DNA of 63,904 nt, filler included, from an uncultured bacterium (GTDB taxonomy: Bacteria > Hinthialibacterota > Hinthialibacteria > Hinthialibacterales > Hinthialibacteraceae): NCBI GenBank assembly GCA_964449065.1. It is 4 parts of 4 records of this genome, joined end to end, with 100 filler letters (N's around TTAATTAATTAA, not from the genome) between each part and the next. Parts side by side here need not be neighbours in the genome. Positions count along the whole stretch, not along the records: positions 1 to 17,407 come from CAYVAZ010000073.1; positions 17,508 to 34,817 come from CAYVAZ010000074.1; 2 more parts are not named here. One strand, 5' to 3'. A program made the position numbers and the translations under genes. Shown here one piece after another: positions 8,698-17,894 of the stretch; position 1 is the stretch's first letter, and every line of letters starts with the position of its first letter. Under the pieces are notes generated by a model. That model was given only the letters and a program-made list of their open reading frames with translations, was not told where the DNA came from and did no database searches.

Positions 8698-9516
8698 ATG
8701 AAGCAACAGTTGAAGCATATCTGGTTTCACCGGCATTTGGTGATGGAGTTTTTGCGGCGTGACCTGCAAGCGCGCTATACCGGATCGGTGATGGGCTTTT
8801 TTTGGTCGGTGATTATCCCCATCGTTTATTTCGCGATTTACTATGTGATTTTCGGTTTCTTATTCCAACAAAAAGTGCAGTTGTATGGTGTGGATGAAGA
8901 GCAGGCTGGCGGCTTTGCTTTCTATATTTTCAGCGGTCTTTTGCCTTGGTATGCCTTGCAGGAGGCGTGGGTACGCTCGACCACATGCATTGTGGATAAC
9001 GCGCATTTGATCAAGCAAATCCGGTTTCCAGCGAAGATCTTGCCGGCGTATTTGGGGTTATCCAGCTTGGTGAATCAAGTGATCGGCACGGTTGTGATGC
9101 TGATAGCGTTATGTATCTATCAACAAAGCTTGCCGGTATCGGTTTGTATGCTTCCGTTGGTCTTTGTGATGCAATACGTGTGTTTTTTGGGATTGGGGTT
9201 ATTGTTTTCTACCCTGCATACCTATATGCGGGATATCGGCACGGTGGTGGGAATTGCCGCCATGCTGCTGATGTGGGGGTCGCCGACTTTGTATCCCGCT
9301 GAACTATTGGATCAAACCTCGCATACATGGATTAAAACCCTTATCTATTTGAACCCATTAACCTATATGGTTGAAATCCATCATGATTTGGTGCTGTACG
9401 GTCATGGTTCTTCCATGCTGAATTGGGGGGTGTTTGGCGGGTTTTCCATTGCTGTTCTAGTTGTGGGGTATTGGCTGTTTACGAGATGCCACGCGGAGTT
9501 TGCCGATTTGCTTTAA
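8698..9516 (+). CDS. wzm: ABC-2 polysaccharide export permease (Wzm/RfbA)
   Basis: RDLQARYTGSVMGFFWS, LIKQIRFP, RDIG, LNPL and C-terminal FADLL. About 6 TM segments. Confidence 0.9.
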   Translation: MKQQLKHIWFHRHLVMEFLRRDLQARYTGSVMGFFWSVIIPIVYFAIYYVIFGFLFQQKVQLYGVDEEQAGGFAFYIFSGLLPWYALQEAWVRSTTCIVDNAHLIKQIRFPAKILPAYLGLSSLVNQVIGTVVMLIALCIYQQSLPVSVCMLPLVFVMQYVCFLGLGLLFSTLHTYMRDIGTVVGIAAMLLMWGSPTLYPAELLDQTSHTWIKTLIYLNPLTYMVEIHHDLVLYGHGSSMLNWGVFGGFSIAVLVVGYWLFTRCHAEFADLL

Positions 9517-9947
9517 TTGTCTTCTATTCGTTCGCATTGGCGGATGGCGTCTGAGAGTTTCGCATAGATTTTGGAGTAATCGTTCAGGAAATCCATGCGG
9601 ATTTGGACGCGTTCATCATCCTGCACTTTGATCATATCTTCGGAGGCGTGGAGCACTTCTTTGAGCATATCGATTGCGATTTCCATTTCTTCCACATGAT
9701 GAAGAAGTTTTATGAAATACTTTTTTGAAGCAATGATAAACTCTTTGTCGTTATCCATCACATTTTCTGCAATCGGATAACCGCCGTACCGTTCTTTTTG
9801 CGCTTCGAGCGCTTGTTCATCCAGGTCCGTATCCGTGGGAGGTGTTTTGGAAACAACAGAATTGGCGATCTCTCCCAGTTCCCAGGGACCGGGTGTGGAG
9901 TTTTTAATGATTTTCCGAATTTGTTCAATTTCCCAGTCTGGCAGCAT
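9513..9947 (-). CDS. Hypothetical protein with phage Ead/Ea22-like N-terminus and coiled-coil tail
   Basis: STPGPW...DKEFIIAS...LLHHVEEME pattern. AAGGA RBS. Confidence 0.6.
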   Translation of the reverse strand: MLPDWEIEQIRKIIKNSTPGPWELGEIANSVVSKTPPTDTDLDEQALEAQKERYGGYPIAENVMDNDKEFIIASKKYFIKLLHHVEEMEIAIDMLKEVLHASEDMIKVQDDERVQIRMDFLNDYSKIYAKLSDAIRQCERIEDN

Positions 9948-10050
9948 AAAGCAGTCCTTAACGTGTTAATAAAACATAATGAATTCTGTATATTTAGACA
10001 CGGAAAGAGAATCATAGCAATGAAAAAAGAGATTTTGAAGTGTAAGAGAA

Positions 10051-11319
10051 CTAAGCTGGATTCTTTTCCACACATCTTGCGGTATCCCGCGCCAAGACCA
10101 ATTCTTCGTTTGTGGGGATCACCCATACCTGGCAAGGAGAATGATTAGATGATATCACTTGTTCCCGGCTCCGACAATTTTTATTTATATCTTCATCCAA
10201 TTCAATGCCCATAAACTTTAATCCTTCGCATGAGAGACGGCGCATGAGCGCGGAATTTTCGCCGATGCCTCCGGTAAAGACAACACAGTCCGCACCGCCC
10301 ATGACACCGGCAAAGGCGGCGATGTATTTTTTGATGCGGTGGCCGTAAATATCCAACGCCAAAGAAGCGCGTTCGTTGCCGTTTTCAGCTGCTTGCTGCA
10401 CTTCGCGCATGTCGCTGGACACCCCCGACACGCCCAACAATCCTGATTGTTTGTTGAGCATATTGTTGATCGCGGCGGCGTCAAGTTGTTCTTTTTCCAT
10501 TAGGGTGAATACGATCGAAGGGTCGAAATCGCCGGTGCGGGTACCCATCATGAGGCCTTCGAGTGGAGTGAATCCCATTGAGGTATCGACAGATTTTCCT
10601 TCCCGCACTGCTGTAATGCTGGAGCCGTTGCCGAGGTGGCAGGTAATTGTGTTTATCTCTTCAACCGGTTTGTTCATCAACTTGGCAACGCGGTTGGAGA
10701 CATACCGGTGCGAGGTTCCGTGAAAACCGTAACGGCGGATGCCGTGTTTTTCGTACATCTCATAGGGAAAGGGGTAGATGTATGCTTTGGGCGGAATGGA
10801 TTGATGAAACGCGGTATCGAAGACCGCGACATGGGGGCAATGCGGCAAGATTTCACGGCTGGCCATATACCCGGTGAGATTGTGGGGATTGTGCAAGGGG
10901 GCAAACTCGCTGCACAGTTTGATCTCATCCACGATCTCTTCATCGATGAGGGCCGGTTTGTGAAAGCGTTCTCCGCCGTGCACGACGCGGTGGCCGACGG
11001 CGGCGATTTCTTCCGGTGAAGAAACGACGCCGGTTTCAGAGTCGGTTAAGGCCTTCATGAGATATTCCACGGCACCTTGGTGATTGTGGATGTCGATATT
11101 GTGGGTTTCGGTTGGCGGAAGGCTGTCTTTTTTTTCGGGAAGCAGCAACGGGTTTTCATGCAGTTTTTGCATATGAAACACCGAGGGCGGTACGCCGATT
11201 TTTTCGATACTTCCCCTAACCAATACCACTTCGCTTTCGCTTTTAATCGCTTGTAAATCCGTCTCAATCAGTTGAAATTTCACAGAGGAGCTGCCGCAGT
11301 TGAGCACTAAGATTTTCAT
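10051..11319 (-). CDS. ackA: Acetate kinase
   Basis: LVLNCGSSSVK, GHRVVHGG, APLHNP, RRYGFHGTSH, CHLGNGSS, FTGGIGEN and IPTNEE motifs. Confidence 0.97.
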   Translation of the reverse strand: MKILVLNCGSSSVKFQLIETDLQAIKSESEVVLVRGSIEKIGVPPSVFHMQKLHENPLLLPEKKDSLPPTETHNIDIHNHQGAVEYLMKALTDSETGVVSSPEEIAAVGHRVVHGGERFHKPALIDEEIVDEIKLCSEFAPLHNPHNLTGYMASREILPHCPHVAVFDTAFHQSIPPKAYIYPFPYEMYEKHGIRRYGFHGTSHRYVSNRVAKLMNKPVEEINTITCHLGNGSSITAVREGKSVDTSMGFTPLEGLMMGTRTGDFDPSIVFTLMEKEQLDAAAINNMLNKQSGLLGVSGVSSDMREVQQAAENGNERASLALDIYGHRIKKYIAAFAGVMGGADCVVFTGGIGENSALMRRLSCEGLKFMGIELDEDINKNCRSREQVISSNHSPCQVWVIPTNEELVLARDTARCVEKNPA

Positions 11320-11367
11320 TTCACAAATCCTTTTCCGTTTGATGCCGTTATGTAAGTCGGAGGATGG

Positions 11368-11691
11368 TTAAATCCCTATTTCTTCTTCTTTCGGTTTGTC
11401 CGGTTTCCAATCGGTCATTTTGTCTTTGACTTTGCGCAGTTGCGCTTCGAGTTTGTGAATGGCTTTGTCGATGCATTGCAAGACGTTGTCGGTGGTTTCG
11501 CGGACGTGAAAGCGGTGGCGGTTGGCGTGGAGTTTAATTTCCACAATTTGCCCCAGATGATTGCGTTCCATTAAGACATCCGCCTCGCTGTTGCCATGGA
11601 TGTATTTTTCCAGTTTATTTAATTTTACAATCACTTTCTCCTCTAGATTTTCGGATAAATCATGTCCTTTGCTGGTGATATCAATATGCAT
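11368..11691 (-). CDS. hpf: Ribosome hibernation promoting factor (short HPF/RaiA)
   Basis: MHIDITSKGHDLSENL...KLNKLEKY...IDKAIHKLEAQLRKVKDK. AAGGAGG RBS before ATG 11691. Confidence 0.88.
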   Translation of the reverse strand: MHIDITSKGHDLSENLEEKVIVKLNKLEKYIHGNSEADVLMERNHLGQIVEIKLHANRHRFHVRETTDNVLQCIDKAIHKLEAQLRKVKDKMTDWKPDKPKEEEIGI

Positions 11692-11837
11692 AATCTTTCC
11701 TCCTTCCCGAATGGCGGCACGCAAAAATGAAACGTTTCCGCTACCCATAGTATTCCTGAATTGGGGCAAAATTGAAGATGAAACCGGGAGAAAAGTATGG
11801 ATTGTTGAACTGGAAAGAAAATGGGTTTGAATGCGGG

Positions 11838-12563
11838 TTACTTTCGAACCCAGATTTCGGGTTCGATGACACCCATTTCCGTGAGTTCCTGCATGCGGTG
11901 GATTAATTGTTGGGTGAGAACTGTCCCTGTGTTGAACAAAATATTGTCATTGGGCCCTGTACACGGTTTGGCCAAAATAGAATGTTCAACCAAGTCATTT
12001 ACCTTCATTTGTTTCATGCTGTCATCGGAGTGTTCTGATGAGAGTGAATCTTTCATTTCTTTTTTTAAGACAAAATTGGTTTTGAGCATGACTTCAATGG
12101 GCTGTTCGGCGTAGTCCATTGCTTTGTATTCCTCCACGGGTTTGAGCCATTTTGCGTTCAGGGGATCGTTGAAGGGAAGAACGTGCTGAATTTTCGCGCC
12201 CAAAGAATCCACCGTAGCCGGTTTGAGCAGAAACGCATTCACGTCCAGATTCATGGCGATTTTGACCAATTGAGCATCGCCATGTGCGGTTAACATAACG
12301 ACAGGAGTTAAGCGTTTTTCTGTCGCTTCTCCCGTGCGGATTTTATAGAGAAGTTGCAAACCATGCATCAAAGGCATATTAAAATCGAGTATGGCGCAGT
12401 CGACATAGGTTTGGTTGAGAATCGGCAACGCTTCCACTCCGTTGGTTGCACTGTAGGTTTGGGGATCGCCCATTTTTTTGAGCATCCGCAGGATGGAGAC
12501 GCGGCTGATGTTTTCATCGTCTACAATTAAAAATGACCTATTGTCGAAGGAAAATTTGTTCAT
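11838..12563 (-). CDS. Response regulator (REC plus non-DNA-binding C-terminal domain)
   Basis: LIVDD, LDFNMP, LTA and LKP receiver motifs. ATG 12563 overlaps the kinase stop (ATGA). Confidence 0.88.
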   Translation of the reverse strand: MNKFSFDNRSFLIVDDENISRVSILRMLKKMGDPQTYSATNGVEALPILNQTYVDCAILDFNMPLMHGLQLLYKIRTGEATEKRLTPVVMLTAHGDAQLVKIAMNLDVNAFLLKPATVDSLGAKIQHVLPFNDPLNAKWLKPVEEYKAMDYAEQPIEVMLKTNFVLKKEMKDSLSSEHSDDSMKQMKVNDLVEHSILAKPCTGPNDNILFNTGTVLTQQLIHRMQELTEMGVIEPEIWVRK

Positions 12564-15500
12564 GAGGCCTCCACGGTTTGGATGAGGGATTCTATATACG
12601 CTTTCACGTTTGCCCATTCTTGATTTGCCGCATTCAACTTATCTTGCAATTCTTCCCATGAGGCATCGAACGCGGAGAGTTGCATGTCTTTGTAGATTTC
12701 GGATAACGTCATTGCCGCAGCGTAACCGGCACCGCCTTTGGCTTTGTGTGAGGCATCGCGGTAGGCTTGGCGGTCTTGATTGTTAACAGCAATGGAAATG
12801 CATTCTATGAGATTGCCCAGTTCATCTTTATACATATCCAATGTTTCGGCCAATTCGACCGGATCGTCTTCGCCCAAGATTTCGGATAAATATTTCAAAT
12901 CCACCGGTGGTGTGCCTTGGAGTGGGGCGGTCTCGACTGCCATGCTTGCGATTTCATTTGGATCCAACTGAACTTCTTCATCCATCAACCATTTGGAGAG
13001 AATCTCTCCTAGGCGTTCGAGCTTAACCGGTTTGCTGAGATAGTCATCCATTCCGGCCTTGCGGCAGCGTTCTTCATCGCCCTTGAGGGCGTTGGCTGTC
13101 ATTGCTATGACAGGGATATGCTTGCCTTGTTCTTTTTCCCAGCGGCGATATTGGTTGGCGAATTCAATGCCGTCCATGACCGGCATCATCCAGTCGCAGA
13201 AAATGAGAGCGTAATCGTATTCTTTGGCTTTGTCTAAACCGTCTTTTCCGTTCACCGCTGTTTCACAAATGAGACCGAAAGTTTTGAGTTGTTTTGCGGC
13301 GACATTGCGGTTCATCTCAAAATCGTCAATGACCAAGATTGGCTTTTGGATGCGTTTGTGTTTGATGGATTCGATCGTACCGGCCAGGCTTCCTGCTAAC
13401 GTTTCTTTGGATGCCATTCCGACGGATTGCGTACCAACGTTAAGGATGAATTGATACACCTCATCCCAGTTGGGTTCACCGAATTGGTAGTAGGAGAATC
13501 CTTGGCGTATCGCGATGTGTTCGCGGTTGGAGGATTCCGAATTGGAAACCAGCAACCAGCGCCGGGGACGGTTGGCATTAATCAAGGGATGCCAGACGGC
13601 ATGTTCCGGCCTGGGTGTTACGGCAACAATACAGTCGCGGTCTTGACCAAAGGGTGTGGTTAGTTTGAGATGTTGGTCTTTGATGTCATCCAGTTTCAAG
13701 ACATGGACATTCACGTTGCGGGATTTCAGATTGTCAATGAGTGCAGAGGCGTCCATTCCTTCCTCTTTGATTACGATCACGTTGTTGCCTTCGAGCCATT
13801 CTTCTTTGACCGGTTCGGCTTCTTGAACAACCTGCAGCGGCAGTTCGCAATAGAAATGCGCCCCATAACCCGGAGACCCGGAGCAGCCGATTTCTCCATC
13901 ATTCATTTCGGCGATGCGCTTGCAGATCGCCAGACCCAGACCCGTGCCGCCGAATTTGCGGGTGGTGGATTGTTCTTCCTGCGAAAAGGCTTCAAATAAC
14001 TTTGCCGCTTTATCGGGGGCAAAACCGACACCGGAATCAACGATATCGAAGCGAATCCAGCATTTGCCTTCTTCGTCATCTCGGCGTGAGGCATGGATGA
14101 TTACGCCACCATGCTCGGTAAATTTGATGGCGTTGCCCACCAAGTTCACGATAACTTGGCGAATGCGGATGGAATCGGCCATGACTTTTCCCGGTACATT
14201 AGGCGCGATAAACATGTGAAGATGGATATCCTTTTGGACGGCCCGCGGAAGGATCATGGAGTGGACATTTTTGAGCGTGGAAATCAGGTCCATCTCGTGG
14301 ATATCCAAATCCATCTTGCCGGCTTCGATTTTAGAGAAATCCAGGATATCGCCGATGATGGCGAGCAAGGTATCCGCGCAGAACTTGGCGGAGCCGATGG
14401 TTTTTTGCTGTTCTTCATCGACATTCGTGAGTTCAAGCAATTCAAGGTTGGCAACCATGCCGTTAAGCGGGGTACGAATTTCGTGCGACATGCTGGCGAG
14501 AAAATCGCTTTTGGCTTTGTTGGCGGCATCGGCGGCGATTCGGGCTTCGTGCAGTTCTTCTTCCACTTGCCGGCGCAAAACCACTTCCTGCTTGAGGCGC
14601 CAGCTCCATACCGAAATGACCGCCAAAATGAGAAGGAAAACGCCAATAATTTGTGCGAGAAGCGTGTAGTCCAGCCGTTCGATAATTCCCTTGTTTTTGT
14701 TCCAGCGGTCGAGAATTTGGTGGCGTTCTTCGGGAGAGATAGACTCTATGGTTTTGTTAAGGATTTGGACAAGTGGTTCCCAATCCTGTCTGATTCCCAA
14801 GCCGAGGTTCATGGTGATATCGGTTTTGCCGACAACTTTCACATGATGAATCCCCAACTCATCTATCATATAGGTTCCGATGGCAAGCGAACACAAGAGC
14901 GCATCCGATTCTCCATTGGAGACTTGTTGCAAACCTTCGTTCACATTGTTTACTTCGGTAAATGATATTTCCGGAAATTTTTCTTTGATTTCATTCACGT
15001 AGCCATAGCCTTTGATTAACACGATGGATTTATCATGAATTTCAAGAAGGCTGGTGATGAAGTCGTCCTGTTCATGCATGAAGATCATGATTTGGTTGGT
15101 GATATAGGGTTTGGTGAAGTTGAAATCTTCTTGCAAGGAGGGATTGGTGGTGAATGCCGAAATCATGTCGACTTCACCGGTTACCACTTTATTGACAGCA
15201 TCGCTCCAGTCGGCGGCAGGAACATATTTAAAATCGACAGAGAGGCGTTTTTGGAATAACGCCAGATAGTCGGCGACGATTCCGATGTGACGGCCATCTT
15301 CCGAGACCGATTCAAAGGGCATCCATAATGGATCTCCGGTATAGCGGATGACGGGATGGTCATTGAGCCATTCTTGTTCATCAAGGGTGAGTTCGACTTT
15401 GGGGACGAATTCGTTTTGTTGATCCGGATCGTAGGAAATCCATCGATCCCAGATGGGATAGAGTTGTTCTTGGGGGATGATGTTTTGCGCTTTGGTGATA

Positions 15501-16222
15501 ATGGAGTGAAGGATGGGCCAGTCATCCCGAACAGCGACGCTAAGGATCATGTTGCCGAAATCGGGATTGTTGACTTCGCCGACGATTTTGACATTGGTGA
15601 GGAAGTTGTTGCGGATTTCGTAATTAACGACTCCCAATACCTCAAGCGTTGCATCGGCTTGGCCGAAGGAGACGGCTTTGAGGGCTTCGGCGGTGTTTCC
15701 AACCAATACCATTTCGATTTGCGGGTATTTTTCGCGGATGATATTTTCTTGATAATAGTCATCGATAACGGCGACGCGTTTCCCCATAAGATCATCGAAC
15801 GACTTTATATCTTTTTTTTCTTCGTGGACAACAAGAACCACTGGAGTGTCGTAATAGGGTTCCGCAAAGTTGAGGTATTGGGACCGTTCTTCGGTTTTGA
15901 CAATGCTTTGCATGAGATCGAGTTCTTTGTTGCGGGCCAGTTGCAGGAGTTGGTTCCAGGTGTATCCATTCACAAATTCGAAGGTCACGCCTATATGCTG
16001 TTCGAGGAGTTTCATGTATTCGATAGAGAGTCCTTTTGCCAAGCCGTTTTCGCTGAAATCAAAGGGAGGGTAATCCTCTTCATTGGAGACACGGATGATG
16101 GGATGGGCCAGGAGCCAAGCCTGTTCTTCTTCTGTGAGCAGCAGGGCTAATTCCTTGGAGGGTGCCGAAAAGGAAATCACCGCAGAAAATAAGAGAAACA
16201 GGAACAGAAAGTTTTTTATCAT
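12560..16222 (-). CDS. BvgS/EvgS-like hybrid sensor histidine kinase (2 periplasmic PBPb domains, TM, HisKA, HATPase, REC, Hpt)
   Basis: Signal peptide, two solute-binding repeats (YPPFDF / WMPFES), MSHEIRTPLNG, NLVGNAIKFT, GGTGLGL, CDWMMP, Hpt SHKAKGGA. Start position uncertain (16222-16261). Confidence 0.93.
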   Translation of the reverse strand: MIKNFLFLFLLFSAVISFSAPSKELALLLTEEEQAWLLAHPIIRVSNEEDYPPFDFSENGLAKGLSIEYMKLLEQHIGVTFEFVNGYTWNQLLQLARNKELDLMQSIVKTEERSQYLNFAEPYYDTPVVLVVHEEKKDIKSFDDLMGKRVAVIDDYYQENIIREKYPQIEMVLVGNTAEALKAVSFGQADATLEVLGVVNYEIRNNFLTNVKIVGEVNNPDFGNMILSVAVRDDWPILHSIITKAQNIIPQEQLYPIWDRWISYDPDQQNEFVPKVELTLDEQEWLNDHPVIRYTGDPLWMPFESVSEDGRHIGIVADYLALFQKRLSVDFKYVPAADWSDAVNKVVTGEVDMISAFTTNPSLQEDFNFTKPYITNQIMIFMHEQDDFITSLLEIHDKSIVLIKGYGYVNEIKEKFPEISFTEVNNVNEGLQQVSNGESDALLCSLAIGTYMIDELGIHHVKVVGKTDITMNLGLGIRQDWEPLVQILNKTIESISPEERHQILDRWNKNKGIIERLDYTLLAQIIGVFLLILAVISVWSWRLKQEVVLRRQVEEELHEARIAADAANKAKSDFLASMSHEIRTPLNGMVANLELLELTNVDEEQQKTIGSAKFCADTLLAIIGDILDFSKIEAGKMDLDIHEMDLISTLKNVHSMILPRAVQKDIHLHMFIAPNVPGKVMADSIRIRQVIVNLVGNAIKFTEHGGVIIHASRRDDEEGKCWIRFDIVDSGVGFAPDKAAKLFEAFSQEEQSTTRKFGGTGLGLAICKRIAEMNDGEIGCSGSPGYGAHFYCELPLQVVQEAEPVKEEWLEGNNVIVIKEEGMDASALIDNLKSRNVNVHVLKLDDIKDQHLKLTTPFGQDRDCIVAVTPRPEHAVWHPLINANRPRRWLLVSNSESSNREHIAIRQGFSYYQFGEPNWDEVYQFILNVGTQSVGMASKETLAGSLAGTIESIKHKRIQKPILVIDDFEMNRNVAAKQLKTFGLICETAVNGKDGLDKAKEYDYALIFCDWMMPVMDGIEFANQYRRWEKEQGKHIPVIAMTANALKGDEERCRKAGMDDYLSKPVKLERLGEILSKWLMDEEVQLDPNEIASMAVETAPLQGTPPVDLKYLSEILGEDDPVELAETLDMYKDELGNLIECISIAVNNQDRQAYRDASHKAKGGAGYAAAMTLSEIYKDMQLSAFDASWEELQDKLNAANQEWANVKAYIESLIQTVEAS

Positions 16223-16369
16223 CACAGTGCCCCATAAATTTTTGCGATGTAGAGATTGCATTATTTTATATGTTTTGTTGGCAATGCACAGCGATATTAT
16301 ACAAATTGGTCATTTTGAAGATAAAATTAGATGTCCAACAGAAAAATGCGAATTGAGAGGAAAGGAAAA

Positions 16370-16442
<73 letters not shown>

Positions 16443-16454
16443 TTGTAGCGGTAA

Positions 16455-16482
16455 AATTTACTCTGCCGGAGAAGAATGTCAA
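16455..16482 (-). promoter_or_regulatory. Sigma70 promoter of tRNA-Phe
   Basis: TTGACA, 16 nt spacer, TAAATT on the minus strand, 12 nt upstream of the tRNA. Confidence 0.7.
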
Positions 16483-16570
16483 GCCTAAATGTATTTGATT
16501 GTATTTGGTCTGTATTGGTTTTTCTCATTATTAGAGATAGACTTTATTTCGTGGAAGGGTTTGGTGAGAA

Positions 16571-16759
16571 ATGGCTAGCGACGAAACAATCCGAAAAATG
16601 GTTCATGCCATTATGGACAAACGCAAGCAATTGGGCATTCCCGATTGGGGGATGGTGCCGCCGGAATTGGTGATTGACCGGTTGAACCATCCGCCCAACC
16701 CGAAGCCGGAAGAGGACGAGGCGGATTCGCCGGCAGACGTCAAACCAATCGGAAAGTAG
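16571..16759 (+). CDS. Small hypothetical protein (62 aa)
   Basis: GGTGAG RBS-like site and genome-typical codon usage. No motif recognised. Confidence 0.55.
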   Translation: MASDETIRKMVHAIMDKRKQLGIPDWGMVPPELVIDRLNHPPNPKPEEDEADSPADVKPIGK

Positions 16760-16849
16760 AATTCCTGCTCTTATACCTGTAATCTTTGGCGTTCTCAATT
16801 ACAATTCCCAAAGTTTATTTGTATGAATGGTTCGTTGGGAGAGTCTGGA

Positions 16850-17347
16850 ATGGAAACCCTTGAATTTATATTGTTCACCCTGCTGGGGCTGTGTGGGGTT
16901 GTGTATGCCTATATCTCGCATGAGTTTAAATCCAACATAACGGATGGATTGCCGGAATCGTTTCGGGAGAGCAAAGTGCTGTTTGCGATCGGCTTTGTTG
17001 TATTGCTCATTGGCTTTGGCTTGTCGTTCGTGATCGGAACCCATCATGGATTCATCACCATCATCGGCGGATGGATTATGCTGGCGGGTTCTGCACCGTG
17101 GTTTAACAAACGGATTTGCCGTAAATTTTTTGCTCCGGAAGAGTTGAAAGTGATTCGTATTACCTTATTAGCGGGATTGCTGATTGCCATCTTCAGCACC
17201 GGGATGTTGATGTTCCCCCCGATTTTTTCCCCCGGCGCGTTTTTGATGGGGGTATCGTTGGTTTTGCTGAGCGGGCGTTTGTGGTGGAACCAGGATCCTT
17301 CATTGCAGAACCAGATTATGCAGCATAGCAAGCGGGATTACAGCTAG
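16850..17347 (+). CDS. Hypothetical multi-pass membrane protein
   Basis: About 5 hydrophobic segments. GGAGAG before ATG 16850. Stop TAG is the CTAG at the MITE edge. Confidence 0.7.
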   Translation: METLEFILFTLLGLCGVVYAYISHEFKSNITDGLPESFRESKVLFAIGFVVLLIGFGLSFVIGTHHGFITIIGGWIMLAGSAPWFNKRICRKFFAPEELKVIRITLLAGLLIAIFSTGMLMFPPIFSPGAFLMGVSLVLLSGRLWWNQDPSLQNQIMQHSKRDYS

Positions 17348-17407
17348 TACTCTGTCAATCAAAAAATGACGGCTGGCTATCCGTTGTTCCCCCCCTTGTT
17401 AAGGGGG
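17344..17407. mobile_element. MITE family A, left part (cut by contig end)
   Basis: CTAGTACTCTGTCAATCAAAAAATGACGGCTGGCTATCCGTTGTTCCCCCCCTTGTTAAGGGGG is nearly identical to 63826-63889. Confidence 0.75.
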
Positions 17408-17507
17408 NNNNNNNNNNNNNNNNNNNNNNNNNNNNNNNNNNNNNNNNNNNNTTAATTAATTAANNNNNNNNNNNNNNNNNNNNNNNNNNNNNNNNNNNNN
17501 NNNNNNN
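17408..17507. other. Artificial contig linker (same at 34818-34917 and 51968-52067)
   Basis: 44 N + TTAATTAATTAA (stops in all six frames) + 44 N, identical in three places. Confidence 0.92.
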
Positions 17508-17584
17508 TAGAGATTGACACACCGGCTGGAAGCCGATGCTCCCCGTCACTTTTAGAACTTTGCGTATCATAAAAAGATAAGTAC

Positions 17585-17685
17585 GGGAGAAGACGATAGA
17601 CACTGCGTTTGACTTAGAATAGTTGGCTCACAACAAAAACCATTTTTCAAGCAATCGTCAATCATGGATTGCGTAACATCAGTTA
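17585..17685. mobile_element. MITE family B, right arm
   Basis: 99/101 identical to 52124-52224. Ends in terminal repeat TGCGTAACATCAGTTA. Confidence 0.75.
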
Positions 17686-17849
17686 TTTAGATAACAGATA
17701 CAACCTGCTCGTTTTGGCGGCATTTCACCTTTTAGAACGATCTCCCCTTCAATCAATTCCACGCGGTCGTCATCACGCAGAATCCCCGCTTCCGCCATGC
17801 GGTAATACTCATCCACCGTAAACAATTTTCTTGGGACTGATGTAACCAT
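17679..17849 (-). pseudogene. Uma2/DUF820-family endonuclease N-terminus, truncated at the MITE B end
   Basis: Hand translation MVTSVPRKLFTVDEYYRMAEAGILRDDDRVELIEGEIV...YLNN*. The stop lies inside the terminal repeat. Confidence 0.8.
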
Positions 17850-17894
17850 AGTCAATTCACCACGTAAAGTTTGTTGTTAAATTATACCACAAAA

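Noticed and set aside
14093..16150. Long + strand ORFs (290 aa and 264 aa)
   Set aside because: They are antisense shadows of the histidine kinase with no motifs of their own.
17452..17463. TTAATTAATTAA palindrome recurring three times
   Set aside because: It is embedded in N runs and is a synthetic six-frame stop linker.
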